Positions 44,400-56,947 of a DNA stretch of 64,000 nucleotides are shown here, piece after piece (the stretch's first letter is position 1; the number at the start of each line of letters is the position of its first letter). The stretch lies in the sequence record NC_019526.1; one strand, 5' to 3'. A model generated the notes under the pieces. It was not told the origin of the DNA. It searched no databases and saw only the letters and a list, made by a program, of their open reading frames with translations. A program made the position numbers and the translations under genes.

Positions 44400-46547
44400 T
44401 TAATTAGTTGGCGAATAAAATAAATTATAATCAGTAATATAATATACCGAACCTGTTGTTCCATTTGTACATTCAATAACTCCACGTGCGTATGCAGCAC
44501 CCTGTGGTGCAGTCATTATTGATGTTCTACAAGCAACGCGTTTATTAGTTCTGGATGTATATATAGGAATACTAGAAATAGCAGTATTGACTATAGTTTT
44601 CATATCACTATAATAGATTTCAGTTTTTGATATTAATGTATCATTTTCATCATACCATGCAATTGCAGGAGAAATATTCATAGTACTAGTTAAGTTAGGC
44701 ATTACAATTGTAGCTTTAAAACTATAATCAAAACCAGGAATGACTCGTACTTTTTCAACAGTTTCTATATAAGCATATCCTCCGGTATTCCATGTTAATG
44801 ATAAAACATTGGTTGAACCAGCACCTAAAGCAGTATCAATTAAGCTATTATCGATAGATGATATAACCGCAGTGACGTTTGAAAAACTGGTTCCATATTT
44901 TCTAACGGTTGTTGTATTTGTTGTACCAGATAAAGTATTACCCACTGTTTCAGATGAAAAATTATAAATTTTATTTAATCTATTTTTATTAGAAAATGGA
45001 TGCAATCCTAATGATAAATCTTTATGATTTTTAGTTCTAATTATAACATTAGAAGTATCTGTTGTAATACTATCGTATGAGTCATATGGATATACTGTCC
45101 ATGAAATAAAACAATCATCAAATAATATAGTACATGCTTGACCATTTATTAATTTTCGAGATAATGATTGTGAAAAACCCAATGAACCTGTTGGTAAAAT
45201 ATTTGTTGATCTAAATGTAATATATCTTGCTATGTTTGATGTATTAACTGAATTCACTAAATAACCATTCCAACTTTCTATATGTGAATCTTCTATACAT
45301 ATAGTACACCATTTAGCAGTATCTGATAGATATATAACATCTCCTCCTGTAAAATCAATACTACACGATAATAGATGTAAATTTATCCCTGAGCTTTCTA
45401 GATATATAGTTTTAGTATTTACATCACCATAACCACCTGACATAACACAATTGCTATATGTTATTCTTTCACCACTATCGGTGTTTGTTCCTAAATACGA
45501 AATTGCATAAAATCCATTAAAAATACAATTTTCAAATCTCATTAACCAGGTGCGGGTGGCAGTATTGGAATGACCTGAAGAAAATGCACCTTGAACTTCC
45601 AAATCACTTATTCTCATATTAATTGCATGAGAAGTCGATGAAGCACCTTTTGTATACAACCCTTTTGGATTAGTTAACGAACGAGTACCATTACGAATTA
45701 ATTTAGTTTTGCCACTTGTATTAGATATACATTTTGGGAATGAAGCACTTCTATTATTATCATATAAATTTATTGAATCATTACTATATATTGTTATTGC
45801 GGCTTCGTCCGTATTGTCTAAAATATTATCACATACAATTTTAGTGTCTTTTGTGAAAACAGTTGAAATATAAGGAGCAATTGTTACATTTTTCGACAGC
45901 GTATAATTTCCTCCATTAATTTTTATATAAGGTAAATTATATATAGAATTTGCAGAAATTGCCATATTATGAATTATATCTATAGCATTTTGCCAAATTA
46001 AAGAAAGTTCCCCATCAAATTTTAACCCAAACCAATTTAAATCAATATAATCATTACTATTTTTTCTTTTCCATCTTTTTCCTGAATTTGTAACAACACA
46101 AAAATATCCATTATCTGGTGTATTAACATCTAATGGATCATAATACCAAAAATCCAACCCATTAATGTCACAGAAAATATATTCATTATCATATGTAGGT
46201 TCATAATTTTTCAATTCTAATGAGGTTTTTCCTCTTCCTATTTTAGTCAACCCATCTACCGAATTAATATTAACAGCAACATCTAATATAGGAAAATAAT
46301 AAGTCTGAATAGTGGTAATTACCATAATACTGTTTTCACTAACAGTATATGATAAAACAAGACCAGAACCATTAGATATACATATCTTTTCAGATATAGG
46401 ATCATACAAATATTTTATATTAAAAATATCCAGTTGATTATATATATAAGAAACTTCATTTTCATTACAACCACATATTCTAGAAATGGTTTGTATATTT
46501 AACTGTTTTGATACTGAGCCTTTTGGCTGAGTTAATTTATTTGTCAT
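44400..46547 (-). CDS. tail spike, putative capsule depolymerase (715 aa)
   Basis: Minus strand; QPKGSVSK anchor; WKRK...WFG neck; beta-helix-like centre; CBM-like C-terminus. Confidence 0.85.
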   Translation of the reverse strand: MTNKLTQPKGSVSKQLNIQTISRICGCNENEVSYIYNQLDIFNIKYLYDPISEKICISNGSGLVLSYTVSENSIMVITTIQTYYFPILDVAVNINSVDGLTKIGRGKTSLELKNYEPTYDNEYIFCDINGLDFWYYDPLDVNTPDNGYFCVVTNSGKRWKRKNSNDYIDLNWFGLKFDGELSLIWQNAIDIIHNMAISANSIYNLPYIKINGGNYTLSKNVTIAPYISTVFTKDTKIVCDNILDNTDEAAITIYSNDSINLYDNNRSASFPKCISNTSGKTKLIRNGTRSLTNPKGLYTKGASSTSHAINMRISDLEVQGAFSSGHSNTATRTWLMRFENCIFNGFYAISYLGTNTDSGERITYSNCVMSGGYGDVNTKTIYLESSGINLHLLSCSIDFTGGDVIYLSDTAKWCTICIEDSHIESWNGYLVNSVNTSNIARYITFRSTNILPTGSLGFSQSLSRKLINGQACTILFDDCFISWTVYPYDSYDSITTDTSNVIIRTKNHKDLSLGLHPFSNKNRLNKIYNFSSETVGNTLSGTTNTTTVRKYGTSFSNVTAVISSIDNSLIDTALGAGSTNVLSLTWNTGGYAYIETVEKVRVIPGFDYSFKATIVMPNLTSTMNISPAIAWYDENDTLISKTEIYYSDMKTIVNTAISSIPIYTSRTNKRVACRTSIMTAPQGAAYARGVIECTNGTTGSVYYITDYNLFYSPTN

Positions 46548-46575
46548 TATAATTCTCCAAATATAATTATAATAA

Positions 46576-46583
46576 TATTTATA
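46576..46583 (-). promoter_or_regulatory. T4-type late promoter
   Basis: TATAAATA on the minus strand, directly downstream of the terminator. Confidence 0.75.
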
Positions 46584-46585
46584 AT

Positions 46586-46616
46586 AAAAAAAGCCTCCAT
46601 TTGGAGGCTTTTTTTT
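46586..46616. terminator. bidirectional terminator
   Basis: A7-GCCTCCA-TT-TGGAGGC-T8. Confidence 0.88.
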
Positions 46617-46617
46617 A

Positions 46618-49600
46618 TTATGGTATATAATCTAAATAACCACTAAATGAGATTAACAATGTCCAAGAAGAGCCAGTAGTACCAGCAGCACGACTATTGG
46701 CAACATATACATATTGTGTACCTGAATTATACAAGGTTAGTTGTCTTGAACTATCAATATAAGATTCTGAAATTAATGTAAATGTTGAATTCGTTGATGA
46801 TGTTCTTGTATATCTAAACTCTGCAAATCCACCACCGTCTGAATATGACAATCTAATAGTACCACCACTTATTGTTGTTTTTGAACCATCTAATGCAGAA
46901 ATATTACCAAAGTTTCTACTGGTAGTTGATAGTGTACTAAGCATATCAGTAACCATACAAGATGTTGCTGTAGCACTAGCCATGCTAACAGAGGAAATTG
47001 TTGGTGTGTTATATTTACATAATGAACCAGTAAAAATACGGGTAATTGGAGTATTATTTAACTGATTCAATAATACTTTATCACAAATTAGTGTATTAAC
47101 CCACCCCATAGTTGATGGATCATACGATGAAAGTTCAGCAATACCACCAGTAATTTTAATAGTAGTATTTCCATAAACTGAAAGCATAGTACCGGATGCC
47201 AATACTGCTGGATTAGAACTATTATATGAGCTTATTCTTGTGTTTAGCAGTTCAAGTTGACCACAGTTAAAATACCCAGTACCTAATCCCCTAAACACAG
47301 AACCACCATCTGTTGGTTCAACCAATCCACCCATTACAGTGAAACCCTGTATATTTCCACCTAAAACAAAACATGAATTATAATACGTATCTTTGAAGAA
47401 ATGACACCCTATCGCCGCAAATGTGTTCCAACCACTACCACCAGTTTTTATTTCAACTCCCCTGAATACACAATATGAAGCACTAATATGTTGTGCAGTT
47501 ACTTGTATTCTACCTCCTTGAAAACTACAACCTTCAAATGAAATGGGACCGCCAGCACTATGATTATAATAAGATACTGCATCAGATGAAACATCTGCTC
47601 CTGGTTCTAATATAGTAATGTTTTTATTCCAAACATCATTATTATTATTAGCTCTCCAGCCTATTTTTTTCCACCCTTGTATTTGAATTTTTTCCCATAC
47701 CATCATCAAAGATGGGCCGCCAGTCAAATCCCAAGTGGTATCAAATGCTACATCATATAAATTATTGGCATCAATCAAAAACCCACCAGTTTTTCGTCTA
47801 TCTACATTTTTCATCGTAATGAAAACTTCAGCATTTGTATTGTTTGCTAATGCTTTTAATACAACTTTATTATTCCTGGACATGTCACAAACAATACCAT
47901 ATCCAAACATAGACATATTAAGAGCAGATAAAAATGTGTAGTCACGAGGTAATAGTGTTACTGGTAATTTTAATTGCATTGAAACTGCTGCCGCCTTAGT
48001 AAATGCAGGTAGCCAATCCACGTCGTTAACACTATCAAAAAACATATCAGGTGTTATTACTGTATTTTTAATCCATTTTCCAACGGAGATATCAATTTCA
48101 GTGTTTATTAGATTTGCACCCAAATTTTGATTATTTGATTCCAAATTTTTATTAAAATCAGAAACTTCATTTAAATTAATTTGAACATTTCTTCCATCAG
48201 ACGTGCCTATTTTTTCAGCACCATCGGTATTATAAATATCAGATTTAGTTATAAATTTCGAGGCCGACTCTATTGTTAAATACGGATTGGTGTTTAAAAT
48301 CAATTTACCCAAAATAGCAATTAAGTTGTCACCAGTTTGTAATGCACCATTTAAATTTATATATTGACCAGTGTATGTATAATGTCCAAGTTCAACGCTT
48401 TGAAATACACCATTTATAAAAATATTGATACTTCCAAAATTATATGGAACGAAAATTCTGTTAATATTATCACTAGTTGCCGTATATGTCCAAGTTATAA
48501 CATCTTTATTAGAATCCAATTTATAAAAAGGAACATCTGGTACAGTTCCAAGGATACCAACACCAGCCCAAACGGTACCATCCACTGGATATAACCAGTA
48601 CTGGTTAGCCGTTGATGTATTACCAGCTTTCCAAATTTTCAACGATCTTCGTGGCAACCCAAATGCTACTTCAATACTAGGTAAATGTGGTTGCCATTTT
48701 AAATTAATACCCTCAGTTTTCAACGAATCTTTTAATAAGTTTAATTCATTAATGGATGCATAAGAACTTAAATCAGCTTTAGTAACTATATTGTCATCTT
48801 GTATAGGAGAATTATATACAATAACATGTATATCATCACCTTCCTGTAGTGGTGAGCTTAATGTAACTTCTGTTCCATTTAAATCATAAGCCCCATTATC
48901 TGGATTTTGTAGAATACCATTAATAAAAACCTGTAATTCACTAAAATGAAAATAAGGAATATTTATTTTATTACTATTATTAGTATCATCAATGATATTG
49001 GTATATTCAGTATTAACATCATCTATTAATTGTGGATTGTCCAAAAATACTAATACTTGGTCTCCTTCAAATAATTTACCAACAAATGATAATGTGTTAC
49101 CGGATATGTTATAATAATCATCATATTGTAATACTCCATTTACATATACTGTTGGTTCAACTATAGTACCAGATATAGTGAAATCAGTCTGATCTTGCAC
49201 AGCAACTGACGTATAATTAGAGACAGATTTATCATTACTTAATACAAATATGTTATCACCTTCTTGCATTGATGAGTTCAATGTGATAATATCATTTGAA
49301 ATAGTAAAAGTACTAGGATACTGCAAAATACCATTAATATACACATAATTACTACTTCTACTATATGGAAGTGTGATTGTATTTTGTTCGGTAGTAGCAG
49401 TACTAATATATTGTATGTTAGTTGTATTATCTGAATCTTTACCAACAACAATATAAACATTATCACCAGATTGTAGATAATTTGAGAATGTTACTGTACC
49501 ACCAAATGTTTGATATGATATACCGGGATATTGTAAAATTCCATTAATATAAATTATTGCCTTTTTGAAATCTAAATTAGGAACTGTAAAAACTGATTGT

Positions 49601-49959
49601 CCAGCCGAAGCAACAGAACTCCATGTAACTGTAGTCTTTGATGAATCAAATATAGTAACCCAATCAGAATCATTATTATTATTAACTACTCGCATCATAA
49701 GTTTAACTGGTGCTGAATTATTATTTTCCCAATCACCAGTATTAAAAGAGAGCATACCAGCAACATTGTCAGGTTTTCCAAAATTTGTCACCAATGTGTT
49801 ACTGGCAATATCAGTAGTACTTGAATTATCAATTTCATTAATTGTGAATTTACCTTCAGGCATATTTTTAGAATCTGGTAATTTTTCATTATCAAATTTC
49901 ACACCACCTTTAAGTGTAGCATCAACAGCCGATAGTGAGCCTTTAAATTTAAATGCCAT
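46618..49959 (-). CDS. large branching tail spike, putative depolymerase (1113 aa)
   Basis: Minus strand; five xxNG(I/V)LQ...GD modules; HLPSIEV...DGTVW domain; beta-helix-like C-half. Confidence 0.88.
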   Translation of the reverse strand: MAFKFKGSLSAVDATLKGGVKFDNEKLPDSKNMPEGKFTINEIDNSSTTDIASNTLVTNFGKPDNVAGMLSFNTGDWENNNSAPVKLMMRVVNNNNDSDWVTIFDSSKTTVTWSSVASAGQSVFTVPNLDFKKAIIYINGILQYPGISYQTFGGTVTFSNYLQSGDNVYIVVGKDSDNTTNIQYISTATTEQNTITLPYSRSSNYVYINGILQYPSTFTISNDIITLNSSMQEGDNIFVLSNDKSVSNYTSVAVQDQTDFTISGTIVEPTVYVNGVLQYDDYYNISGNTLSFVGKLFEGDQVLVFLDNPQLIDDVNTEYTNIIDDTNNSNKINIPYFHFSELQVFINGILQNPDNGAYDLNGTEVTLSSPLQEGDDIHVIVYNSPIQDDNIVTKADLSSYASINELNLLKDSLKTEGINLKWQPHLPSIEVAFGLPRRSLKIWKAGNTSTANQYWLYPVDGTVWAGVGILGTVPDVPFYKLDSNKDVITWTYTATSDNINRIFVPYNFGSINIFINGVFQSVELGHYTYTGQYINLNGALQTGDNLIAILGKLILNTNPYLTIESASKFITKSDIYNTDGAEKIGTSDGRNVQINLNEVSDFNKNLESNNQNLGANLINTEIDISVGKWIKNTVITPDMFFDSVNDVDWLPAFTKAAAVSMQLKLPVTLLPRDYTFLSALNMSMFGYGIVCDMSRNNKVVLKALANNTNAEVFITMKNVDRRKTGGFLIDANNLYDVAFDTTWDLTGGPSLMMVWEKIQIQGWKKIGWRANNNNDVWNKNITILEPGADVSSDAVSYYNHSAGGPISFEGCSFQGGRIQVTAQHISASYCVFRGVEIKTGGSGWNTFAAIGCHFFKDTYYNSCFVLGGNIQGFTVMGGLVEPTDGGSVFRGLGTGYFNCGQLELLNTRISSYNSSNPAVLASGTMLSVYGNTTIKITGGIAELSSYDPSTMGWVNTLICDKVLLNQLNNTPITRIFTGSLCKYNTPTISSVSMASATATSCMVTDMLSTLSTTSRNFGNISALDGSKTTISGGTIRLSYSDGGGFAEFRYTRTSSTNSTFTLISESYIDSSRQLTLYNSGTQYVYVANSRAAGTTGSSWTLLISFSGYLDYIP

Positions 49960-49993
49960 GTCATAATTCCTTTTAAATTAAAAATCTATAAAG

Positions 49994-50035
49994 TATTTAA
50001 TAAAAAATAAAGCCCAAGCTGGGCTTTATTTTTTT
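49994..50035 (-). promoter_or_regulatory. terminator plus late-promoter junction
   Basis: Long inverted repeat AAAAAATAAAGCCCA/TGGGCTTTATTTTTT (50002-50035), then ATTAAATA on the minus strand. Confidence 0.7.
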
Positions 50036-50041
50036 AATCTA

Positions 50042-51796
50042 TTATGCACCTCTAATATAAGCTTGTATTTGTCTATTTCTTGTATCCATAGATACTAAGT
50101 TGATAGTAATAGTAGAACCATCAGATGTTGTACTAACAGATACTTGAACCCCAGTAGGTGTATTTGTACTTGGACCCCATACATTGTCTGGATATGTATC
50201 TAATTTCGATGATATCATATTAATTACGGGTACGGTGCTTTCCCATGAACACAATAGAGGAACTGTGAAATATTCAGCTCTTCCACCTATAGTATCTCTT
50301 GCTGATATTTCAAGAACTATTTTTTGTGGAATCATATATTGTGTCATTGCTGGTCTGCTTAATGATAATGTTAATGTTCCATTTGATGCTGCTGGGGGTA
50401 ATGTTCCGGTAGATGTATTCCCCATTTTAACCAAGCCAGATGATTTTTGATATGTCCCTGTATTAATTATATCAGGTAAACCATAGTTTCCGGTTATTAC
50501 TTTATTAGCTATAGTCACTTCTTTCATATACCCTAAGTTTCCACCAGAAAACGAATTTCCCGAAGCAATAAGGATTTTTCCAGTACCACCAGCACATATA
50601 ATATCATAATCTGGTGTTAATACACCAGTACCACCATCATCTACACCAGAAGTAAATCTATTACCATTTAATAAAATTATTCCAGAATCATTAATTAATA
50701 TATTAGCCCCATTATTTGTATTAGAGGATATTCTACCGTTTCGTTGTATTGAGCAGGTTGTAACTGATACACTTGCACCATCGGCAACAGTAATTCCTGC
50801 ATATCCGTTACGGTCAATCAATTCCCCAGTAATTACATTACCTACTGATTGATAAAAATAAAAACCATCGGTTCCATTCCATTCTACTCGGCACCCAACC
50901 CATGCATTATTATTAGCTCCGGTTCGCATCGCAATACCACGAGAGACTTGTGCATTTATTGTACAATCAACTGCACGCGAGTCAATCCAGTCTTGCATTG
51001 CTGTATTATTACCACTAAAATTACAACCACGAGCATAAACGGTTGCTACATACCCACTAGTTCTTCCTAAACCAATACCCCATCGATAAAATCCACATTT
51101 TTCGAATCTACACCCAGAAACTTGTGATGTAGCATTCATAGAACCTACTGTGTTGTTTCTACCATCAAATACAATATTGTCGAAAGTATGTCTCCCTGAA
51201 AGAACAAAAATACCAGGCGAACCAGATGCTAATCTAATAACAGTCCCGCAATTATTAAATGATGCATCATTAGAAACAGTGTATGGTTTTCTACTTTGAC
51301 CATACATATTGAATCCTGATGGTAATGTACATACATTACTATGTACATATATACCTTTAGATGGTGGATAATAAATTGACATTAATCCAGAATTTATTGC
51401 TTTTTGTAAAGCATAATCGACATTAATTTCAATCCCAACTACATTTTTTATGTTGTAAATATCATCAGATGTCATAAAATTATATATAGAATTTGCGGTT
51501 GTTGTTGAAGTAGAAACAGAAATTTTTCTTAATGTTAACGTGCCATTAGTAGTTAATACAGTCATAATTTCACCAGTACTATCTATACTCCATGATGAAA
51601 TTGTTCCAGTTTCTGAACTTGAAATAGTCCCCCATATATATTGAGTATTTGGATCAATAAGAAGTTTTAAACCAGTAACTGAAAGATTTTGTTTTATAAA
51701 ATCTATTTCAGAATAATTTATTGAATAAGTTTTAGATAAAATTTCTCTGGCGATTTCAGTAGAAGTTGAACCTTTAGGTTGTATAAAATTTCCCAT
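50042..51796 (-). CDS. tail spike, putative capsule depolymerase (584 aa)
   Basis: Minus strand; QPKGSTS anchor; YALQKAIN...YYPP; pectate-lyase-like beta-helix repeats. Confidence 0.88.
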   Translation of the reverse strand: MGNFIQPKGSTSTEIAREILSKTYSINYSEIDFIKQNLSVTGLKLLIDPNTQYIWGTISSSETGTISSWSIDSTGEIMTVLTTNGTLTLRKISVSTSTTTANSIYNFMTSDDIYNIKNVVGIEINVDYALQKAINSGLMSIYYPPSKGIYVHSNVCTLPSGFNMYGQSRKPYTVSNDASFNNCGTVIRLASGSPGIFVLSGRHTFDNIVFDGRNNTVGSMNATSQVSGCRFEKCGFYRWGIGLGRTSGYVATVYARGCNFSGNNTAMQDWIDSRAVDCTINAQVSRGIAMRTGANNNAWVGCRVEWNGTDGFYFYQSVGNVITGELIDRNGYAGITVADGASVSVTTCSIQRNGRISSNTNNGANILINDSGIILLNGNRFTSGVDDGGTGVLTPDYDIICAGGTGKILIASGNSFSGGNLGYMKEVTIANKVITGNYGLPDIINTGTYQKSSGLVKMGNTSTGTLPPAASNGTLTLSLSRPAMTQYMIPQKIVLEISARDTIGGRAEYFTVPLLCSWESTVPVINMISSKLDTYPDNVWGPSTNTPTGVQVSVSTTSDGSTITINLVSMDTRNRQIQAYIRGA

Positions 51797-51805
51797 ATTT
51801 TAATC

Positions 51806-54145
51806 CTATTTTTGTAATTGTTTTTCAATTCTATCAAGTTTTCTACGTTGATAGGCCATTTCCACGGCTAAACACTCTTCCATTCTGAGCATATATATTT
51901 CTCCCTCGGCTTTATATGGAGATAATACATTACCATTTTGATCATATGTTTCTTCTGATTCTATCCATGATTCATAAGTTATTAAGCCATAATCTTGCCA
52001 ATTTAATCCTGCATTTTCTAACGCTGATTTAATTTTTTGTGCTATATACCCCACATGCCATCTTGCATCGGTTGCCCCTTTTACATTGATTGCGGCTTTC
52101 ATTTTCCACATATTAAATTCAACATTTTCCCATGCATCAAGAAGTTCATCTGGTATTTTTTGTATATTGGATTTGTAATTTTCATCTGAAACAACAGTTA
52201 CTGGATTTTGAACATATAAATTGTTAACAGTCAATGATGGTGAACCTATTGAATAAACAGCCGTTGTTGTTGGTGTTATTGCATTACTACCAAAGACCCA
52301 TTCTTGTGAACCATTAAATGAACGTATATATAATCTTCCTGAGCTATCAACCAAAATCCTAGCCATTGATGTTGTTTTGTCACCATTAGAATAAAAATCA
52401 ATACTTTTTGAACCAGCGGTTCCGTTATAAATTCCAAGCTGAATGTTACCATTGGTTTTTATTTGTCCGGTATTAGTAAAAGACAAAATATCTGTAGGTG
52501 TAACACTATAATCAGTTGATGTAGTGTAACTGACAACCAATTCACCATTATCATTCACAGTTAATATATGATTTTTATTGCATATATTTTTATTCGAAAT
52601 TGAAATCTTTGAAGTTATATTTCTATTTGTATATGTATTAAATGTGCAATTAATTACCAAATAAGAATCATCCAGCACAGTTGCGGTGTCTGAATCGATA
52701 TTATACGATGGACCTTTATTATATGTGTTAAGACTGTAATACGGGTTAATAAAATGGTTATTATCAAAAATGATGTTTTTACTGTTTCCTGTTATTTTAA
52801 TTGATTTAACATCAGTACTTGAATAAGCAGTTAAACGATTCGTTGTTACTTGTCGGCAATTTTTGAAATTTATATTATAACAAGCTTCAATATAACCTAA
52901 TCGATAATTGGTATCAACTGCCGAACCATTTTGTGAAAATATAGTTCCATAAAAATTAACATTAAAACAGTTTTTTAAATTATAGCATTTAGCTTTTAAA
53001 TTATGAGTTTCAATATGTCCACCAAACACGTTAATCGCATGATGTGGATAAGAACTATTAATTGATGAAGCATTGAATAAAATTGCATTATCAGCATTTG
53101 AGGTTTCAATTGTTGGTCTAATAAACGTTATTTGGTTTGAATCATCTCCACTACCGTCACCAGTTGTACCACCATTTGCTGGGCCAGTATAAACTTCAAA
53201 AGTAAATCCATAAGAAACATCAGATGTTGATTGCATATTTGAAATATTTTGTATAAAGATATCTTCAAAAGTACTATCAAATAATAAATTAGCTACTACA
53301 CCTCGTGCAAATCCAGAAAAACCGACACAACGCCAATTACTATGTACCACTGGCAGCCATGCAGTTGAACTTCCTAGTACTGCACCAGTTTGATATGAAG
53401 CACCAGATCTAAATCCAATATTAATTAAATTTATTTTACATTGTGTTGCAGTAAAAGCATTTTGACCTTGTGTAATTGGTTGTAGAACAGTAGAAGTCAT
53501 ACCAGAACCAATTAAAGTATAACACGTACTTAAAGATCCAGTACTGTTTAAATATTTTGTGAATTTCATTTCAGTACTGTACTGAAAAACCCCAGGAGGA
53601 AAAACGATTGGCATTACACCGTACATTTGTGAATTCACCGCTGTTTGTGGAATATAGGATTGTACATAAGAAATAGCAGCGTCCAGTGCTGGAGACCAAT
53701 CCCAAGTTTCCATATCATTTAAATTGGGTTTACTTGTAATTAAATGTTGGAATTCCATAATAGATACAAAATTACTATTCATATAACCAGCAACTGATGC
53801 AATTGATGATAAAGAATCATTAATTTTTTTTCGTTTGTATCCTATTTTAAGGGAAGCATCTGGATTACTTAATCCTATTTTTAATAAAGTATAAGTACCA
53901 ACATCAGTGACCACTGATAAATTTCCATCACCATTAATATTCCATGTTATTGGATTACCAACTGCTGTACCTACATAAAATGTCATTTCTGATACAGGAT
54001 CATAAACTGCTACAAATGAATCAATTAATATTTCAGTACTTAAATATTCAACTTCGGAAAATTTTAATCCCAAACTTAATGCTATGCTATTTTTATTTGT
54101 TTCTTTAGAAACAGAGCCTTTTGGTTGAATTAATCCGTTTATCAT
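51806..54145 (-). CDS. tail spike with C-terminal intramolecular chaperone (peptidase S74-like), putative depolymerase (779 aa)
   Basis: Minus strand; QPKGSVSKE anchor; VVSDENYKSNI...WHVGYIAQ...LRMEECL chaperone motifs. Confidence 0.9.
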   Translation of the reverse strand: MINGLIQPKGSVSKETNKNSIALSLGLKFSEVEYLSTEILIDSFVAVYDPVSEMTFYVGTAVGNPITWNINGDGNLSVVTDVGTYTLLKIGLSNPDASLKIGYKRKKINDSLSSIASVAGYMNSNFVSIMEFQHLITSKPNLNDMETWDWSPALDAAISYVQSYIPQTAVNSQMYGVMPIVFPPGVFQYSTEMKFTKYLNSTGSLSTCYTLIGSGMTSTVLQPITQGQNAFTATQCKINLINIGFRSGASYQTGAVLGSSTAWLPVVHSNWRCVGFSGFARGVVANLLFDSTFEDIFIQNISNMQSTSDVSYGFTFEVYTGPANGGTTGDGSGDDSNQITFIRPTIETSNADNAILFNASSINSSYPHHAINVFGGHIETHNLKAKCYNLKNCFNVNFYGTIFSQNGSAVDTNYRLGYIEACYNINFKNCRQVTTNRLTAYSSTDVKSIKITGNSKNIIFDNNHFINPYYSLNTYNKGPSYNIDSDTATVLDDSYLVINCTFNTYTNRNITSKISISNKNICNKNHILTVNDNGELVVSYTTSTDYSVTPTDILSFTNTGQIKTNGNIQLGIYNGTAGSKSIDFYSNGDKTTSMARILVDSSGRLYIRSFNGSQEWVFGSNAITPTTTAVYSIGSPSLTVNNLYVQNPVTVVSDENYKSNIQKIPDELLDAWENVEFNMWKMKAAINVKGATDARWHVGYIAQKIKSALENAGLNWQDYGLITYESWIESEETYDQNGNVLSPYKAEGEIYMLRMEECLAVEMAYQRRKLDRIEKQLQK

Positions 54146-54174
54146 TATATTAACCTCAATTTACAATATACTAA

Positions 54175-54212
54175 TATTTATAATAAAAAAGCCCCACTAA
54201 GGGGGCTTTTTT
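54175..54212 (-). promoter_or_regulatory. terminator plus T4-type late promoter
   Basis: A6-GCCCC-N6-GGGGC-T6 at 54185-54212; TATAAATA on the minus strand at 54175-54182. Confidence 0.75.
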
Positions 54213-56886
54213 ATACTGAAGTTCCTGAAGAATCCACCCATCCAGTATTGTCAGCATTTCTCCAAATAGGTTTGTTTATAGTAGTGTCAAAATATTGCAT
54301 CCCAGTTGTTGCAGCCGTTGAAGGTCTCTCAGCGGTAGTACCAGAATAAACACGCACTACATCTCCAACTTCTCTCCATATAGTAGCGGATGTTTTTATA
54401 AATTTATAAACTCTACCAACCACCATTGTTTTATTTGAATTTTTTGCAAAATTATTAATTAAGAATGTTGAACTATTAACCAACGTCACGGATGCAGTAG
54501 CATTTAAATATACATCAACTTCCTGACCTATCATACCACCAACAAATCCTGTTATTTGTGATAACGATGTTGTTGAAATAGAAATAACACTAACACCATC
54601 TACATTTGGTGTTGTGGTAGCATTCGATGAAATTGTTAATAATCCATTAGTTGGTGTATATTCAACACCATATGTCAATGGAGAATTTATCCATCCATTT
54701 TTATCACCATAAGAAAAGCATTGATTTATCCAAGGTTTTAATCTAAGTGATAGATAATCAACATTAGAAAAATCAAATCCATAACTATGCAAACGTTGTG
54801 TACCAGTTCCATCAACTGGTGCATTGTCAGTCCATGCTAAACAATTACTTAATAATAATCTTGATGCAGAATCCAATGCTCCAAAAGCTGGATATAGGCC
54901 ATCACCAGTTCTAGAATTATTATATGAATGACAATTAACCATTTGTACACCATTTAAAAGATAACCAGGACCAACATTATTATCTGCACGTGAATCAGAA
55001 ATTTTATGATGAACGGAACTAGCAGATATATATATACCAGTTTCTGATATTTCACCCATTAATCCTGAAATATAATGATTATTTCCTGATATTTTAATTC
55101 CACATATATAAGGAGACGAATTGGTAATTGAGTTAAGTCCTTTTACTTGGGCATTTCCCTCAATTCTGTGTATTTGACAATCTGATGCACCTGATATTTC
55201 AATAGTTCCGACATAATCAGTTCTGATTCTATTTTTTAAACATTCGTTGGCGATAACATCCTCTATTAATCCAATATTACCACTAACTTCTAAACCTTGA
55301 TCTTGAAAACCATAAAAACTACAAGATTTAACGCAAAATTCAGGACCACGTAATCTTACCCCACCGGTACTATTAATAGCATCAGTAGCATCAAAATCTA
55401 TTCCAATAATACCAAAACTTCTGGATGATACATCATTTTGGCTATTAGTTTCTGATTTTATAATCCAATCATTGGAAAAATTCCTGAATCTCGTTCCATA
55501 TGGTCTAGATGGGTTTCCCGGCGTGCCATAAGTCCAAGGTAAGGAACGACGAACTGAACCATTTCTACTACCAATAAGCACCACATATTGTTTAGTAACT
55601 ACATTACAATAATATTGTCCAGGTGGACATTCAATTACCGCTCCACCTAATAAATTTGCTTGATCGATGGCATTTTGTATATATACAGACAAATCACCTT
55701 TATATGTATAATTTCTAATACCATCATGTAATTCTGGTGGTATGAATTCAAATAATGACAGCTTATTTTGATATAAATCATATAGAGTAGATTTATAATT
55801 ATTAGAAAACAAAGAACTTTTATAATTTATATTACTCAATCCATTATCATTGGAAAATAAATTATTAAAGTTAGAAAAATTATCAATATTTTGCTGTACA
55901 GAAGTCCCGTCATTTGTATTAATGTTATCAGAAGCATCAGGTGATAATAAATCATTTTTCAAAACATATTCATCACTTTGTACAACAACATCACCAAGCA
56001 TTATAATAATTTCATCATTTTGATAAAGTTCTTCAGAAAATGTAATTATTTTATCTGCACCTATACTATATGCAGTACTGGGATTCTGTAAAACACCATT
56101 AATATAAACAATTGCAGTACTGAAATCATATGGTACCTGAATTGTTGTTTGGCCTTGCATTGCATTAGCTGTATAAATTCTATTAAGTTTATCATTAGTA
56201 CTGATATTCGGATTGCCAATAAAAACATACAACAAATCACCAGCTTCTAATTCAGTAGTGAATGTTAATGTGCTACCAGATACAGTGTAATTCAATCCGG
56301 GTAACTGAATTGAACCATTAACAAATACAGTTATAGTACTGAATGTGAATGGAATATTAAAATCAGTTTGACCATCGGTTGCTGATGCAGAATATGTTTT
56401 AATACTTGCATTAAAATTTGGAGTAATTTTTTCAAAACCAGTACTGGTTTCAGGGGTACTACCAAGAACACCAACCCCATTCCACACTGTACCATCAGTG
56501 TATAACCAATAATCATCTGATGTTGCAGTAGTACCAGATTTCCACATTTTTAATGAATTTTTAGTTAGTCCATAAGCAACTTCAACAGTAGGGAGATGTG
56601 CGTTCCAGTCCAGAGTTAAACCCTCTGTTTCCATTTTTTCTTTTAATTTGCTGTATATAACCGGAACCCAAGCGGTATCTGAAATACCACCATCTGTATT
56701 TGGATTATTAGTACTGGTAATATGAGGTAATGTACCTTTCCATACATATCCAGTTTTAATTGAAGTTACTGGATCTGTATAATATAAAATTTGGTTGTTT
56801 GATACTAATCGTTTGTTAATAACAAAGTCACCAGCATCAATTAGTGCACCTGAAATATTTGTTGCACTTAAATTGTTCAATGACAT
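54211..56886 (-). CDS. tail spike, putative capsule depolymerase (891 aa; 895 aa from upstream ATG 56898)
   Basis: Minus strand; GAGG RBS favours ATG 56886; LPH...DGGISDTAW and HLPTVEV domains; two NGxxQ modules; beta-helix; C-terminal RP...G..YFDTTINKPIW. Confidence 0.88.
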   Translation of the reverse strand: MSLNNLSATNISGALIDAGDFVINKRLVSNNQILYYTDPVTSIKTGYVWKGTLPHITSTNNPNTDGGISDTAWVPVIYSKLKEKMETEGLTLDWNAHLPTVEVAYGLTKNSLKMWKSGTTATSDDYWLYTDGTVWNGVGVLGSTPETSTGFEKITPNFNASIKTYSASATDGQTDFNIPFTFSTITVFVNGSIQLPGLNYTVSGSTLTFTTELEAGDLLYVFIGNPNISTNDKLNRIYTANAMQGQTTIQVPYDFSTAIVYINGVLQNPSTAYSIGADKIITFSEELYQNDEIIIMLGDVVVQSDEYVLKNDLLSPDASDNINTNDGTSVQQNIDNFSNFNNLFSNDNGLSNINYKSSLFSNNYKSTLYDLYQNKLSLFEFIPPELHDGIRNYTYKGDLSVYIQNAIDQANLLGGAVIECPPGQYYCNVVTKQYVVLIGSRNGSVRRSLPWTYGTPGNPSRPYGTRFRNFSNDWIIKSETNSQNDVSSRSFGIIGIDFDATDAINSTGGVRLRGPEFCVKSCSFYGFQDQGLEVSGNIGLIEDVIANECLKNRIRTDYVGTIEISGASDCQIHRIEGNAQVKGLNSITNSSPYICGIKISGNNHYISGLMGEISETGIYISASSVHHKISDSRADNNVGPGYLLNGVQMVNCHSYNNSRTGDGLYPAFGALDSASRLLLSNCLAWTDNAPVDGTGTQRLHSYGFDFSNVDYLSLRLKPWINQCFSYGDKNGWINSPLTYGVEYTPTNGLLTISSNATTTPNVDGVSVISISTTSLSQITGFVGGMIGQEVDVYLNATASVTLVNSSTFLINNFAKNSNKTMVVGRVYKFIKTSATIWREVGDVVRVYSGTTAERPSTAATTGMQYFDTTINKPIWRNADNTGWVDSSGTSV

Positions 56887-56919
56887 ATTAAACCTCATCT
56901 AAAAGTTTATGTATAGTAT

Positions 56920-56947
56920 TATTTATGATGCTCATTAGAACTAAATA
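56920..56947. promoter_or_regulatory. divergent late promoters
   Basis: CATAAATA on the minus strand (56920-56927) and ACTAAATA on the plus strand (56940-56947). Confidence 0.65.

Noticed and set aside
21912-56898. ORF-track + labels for 21912-22550, 40955-42694, 42645-44387, 44400-46547, 46618-49959, 50042-51796, 51806-54145 and 54211-56898
   Set aside because: The listed proteins translate only from the reverse complement (CAT or CAA at the high coordinate, TTA at the low); reported as minus strand.
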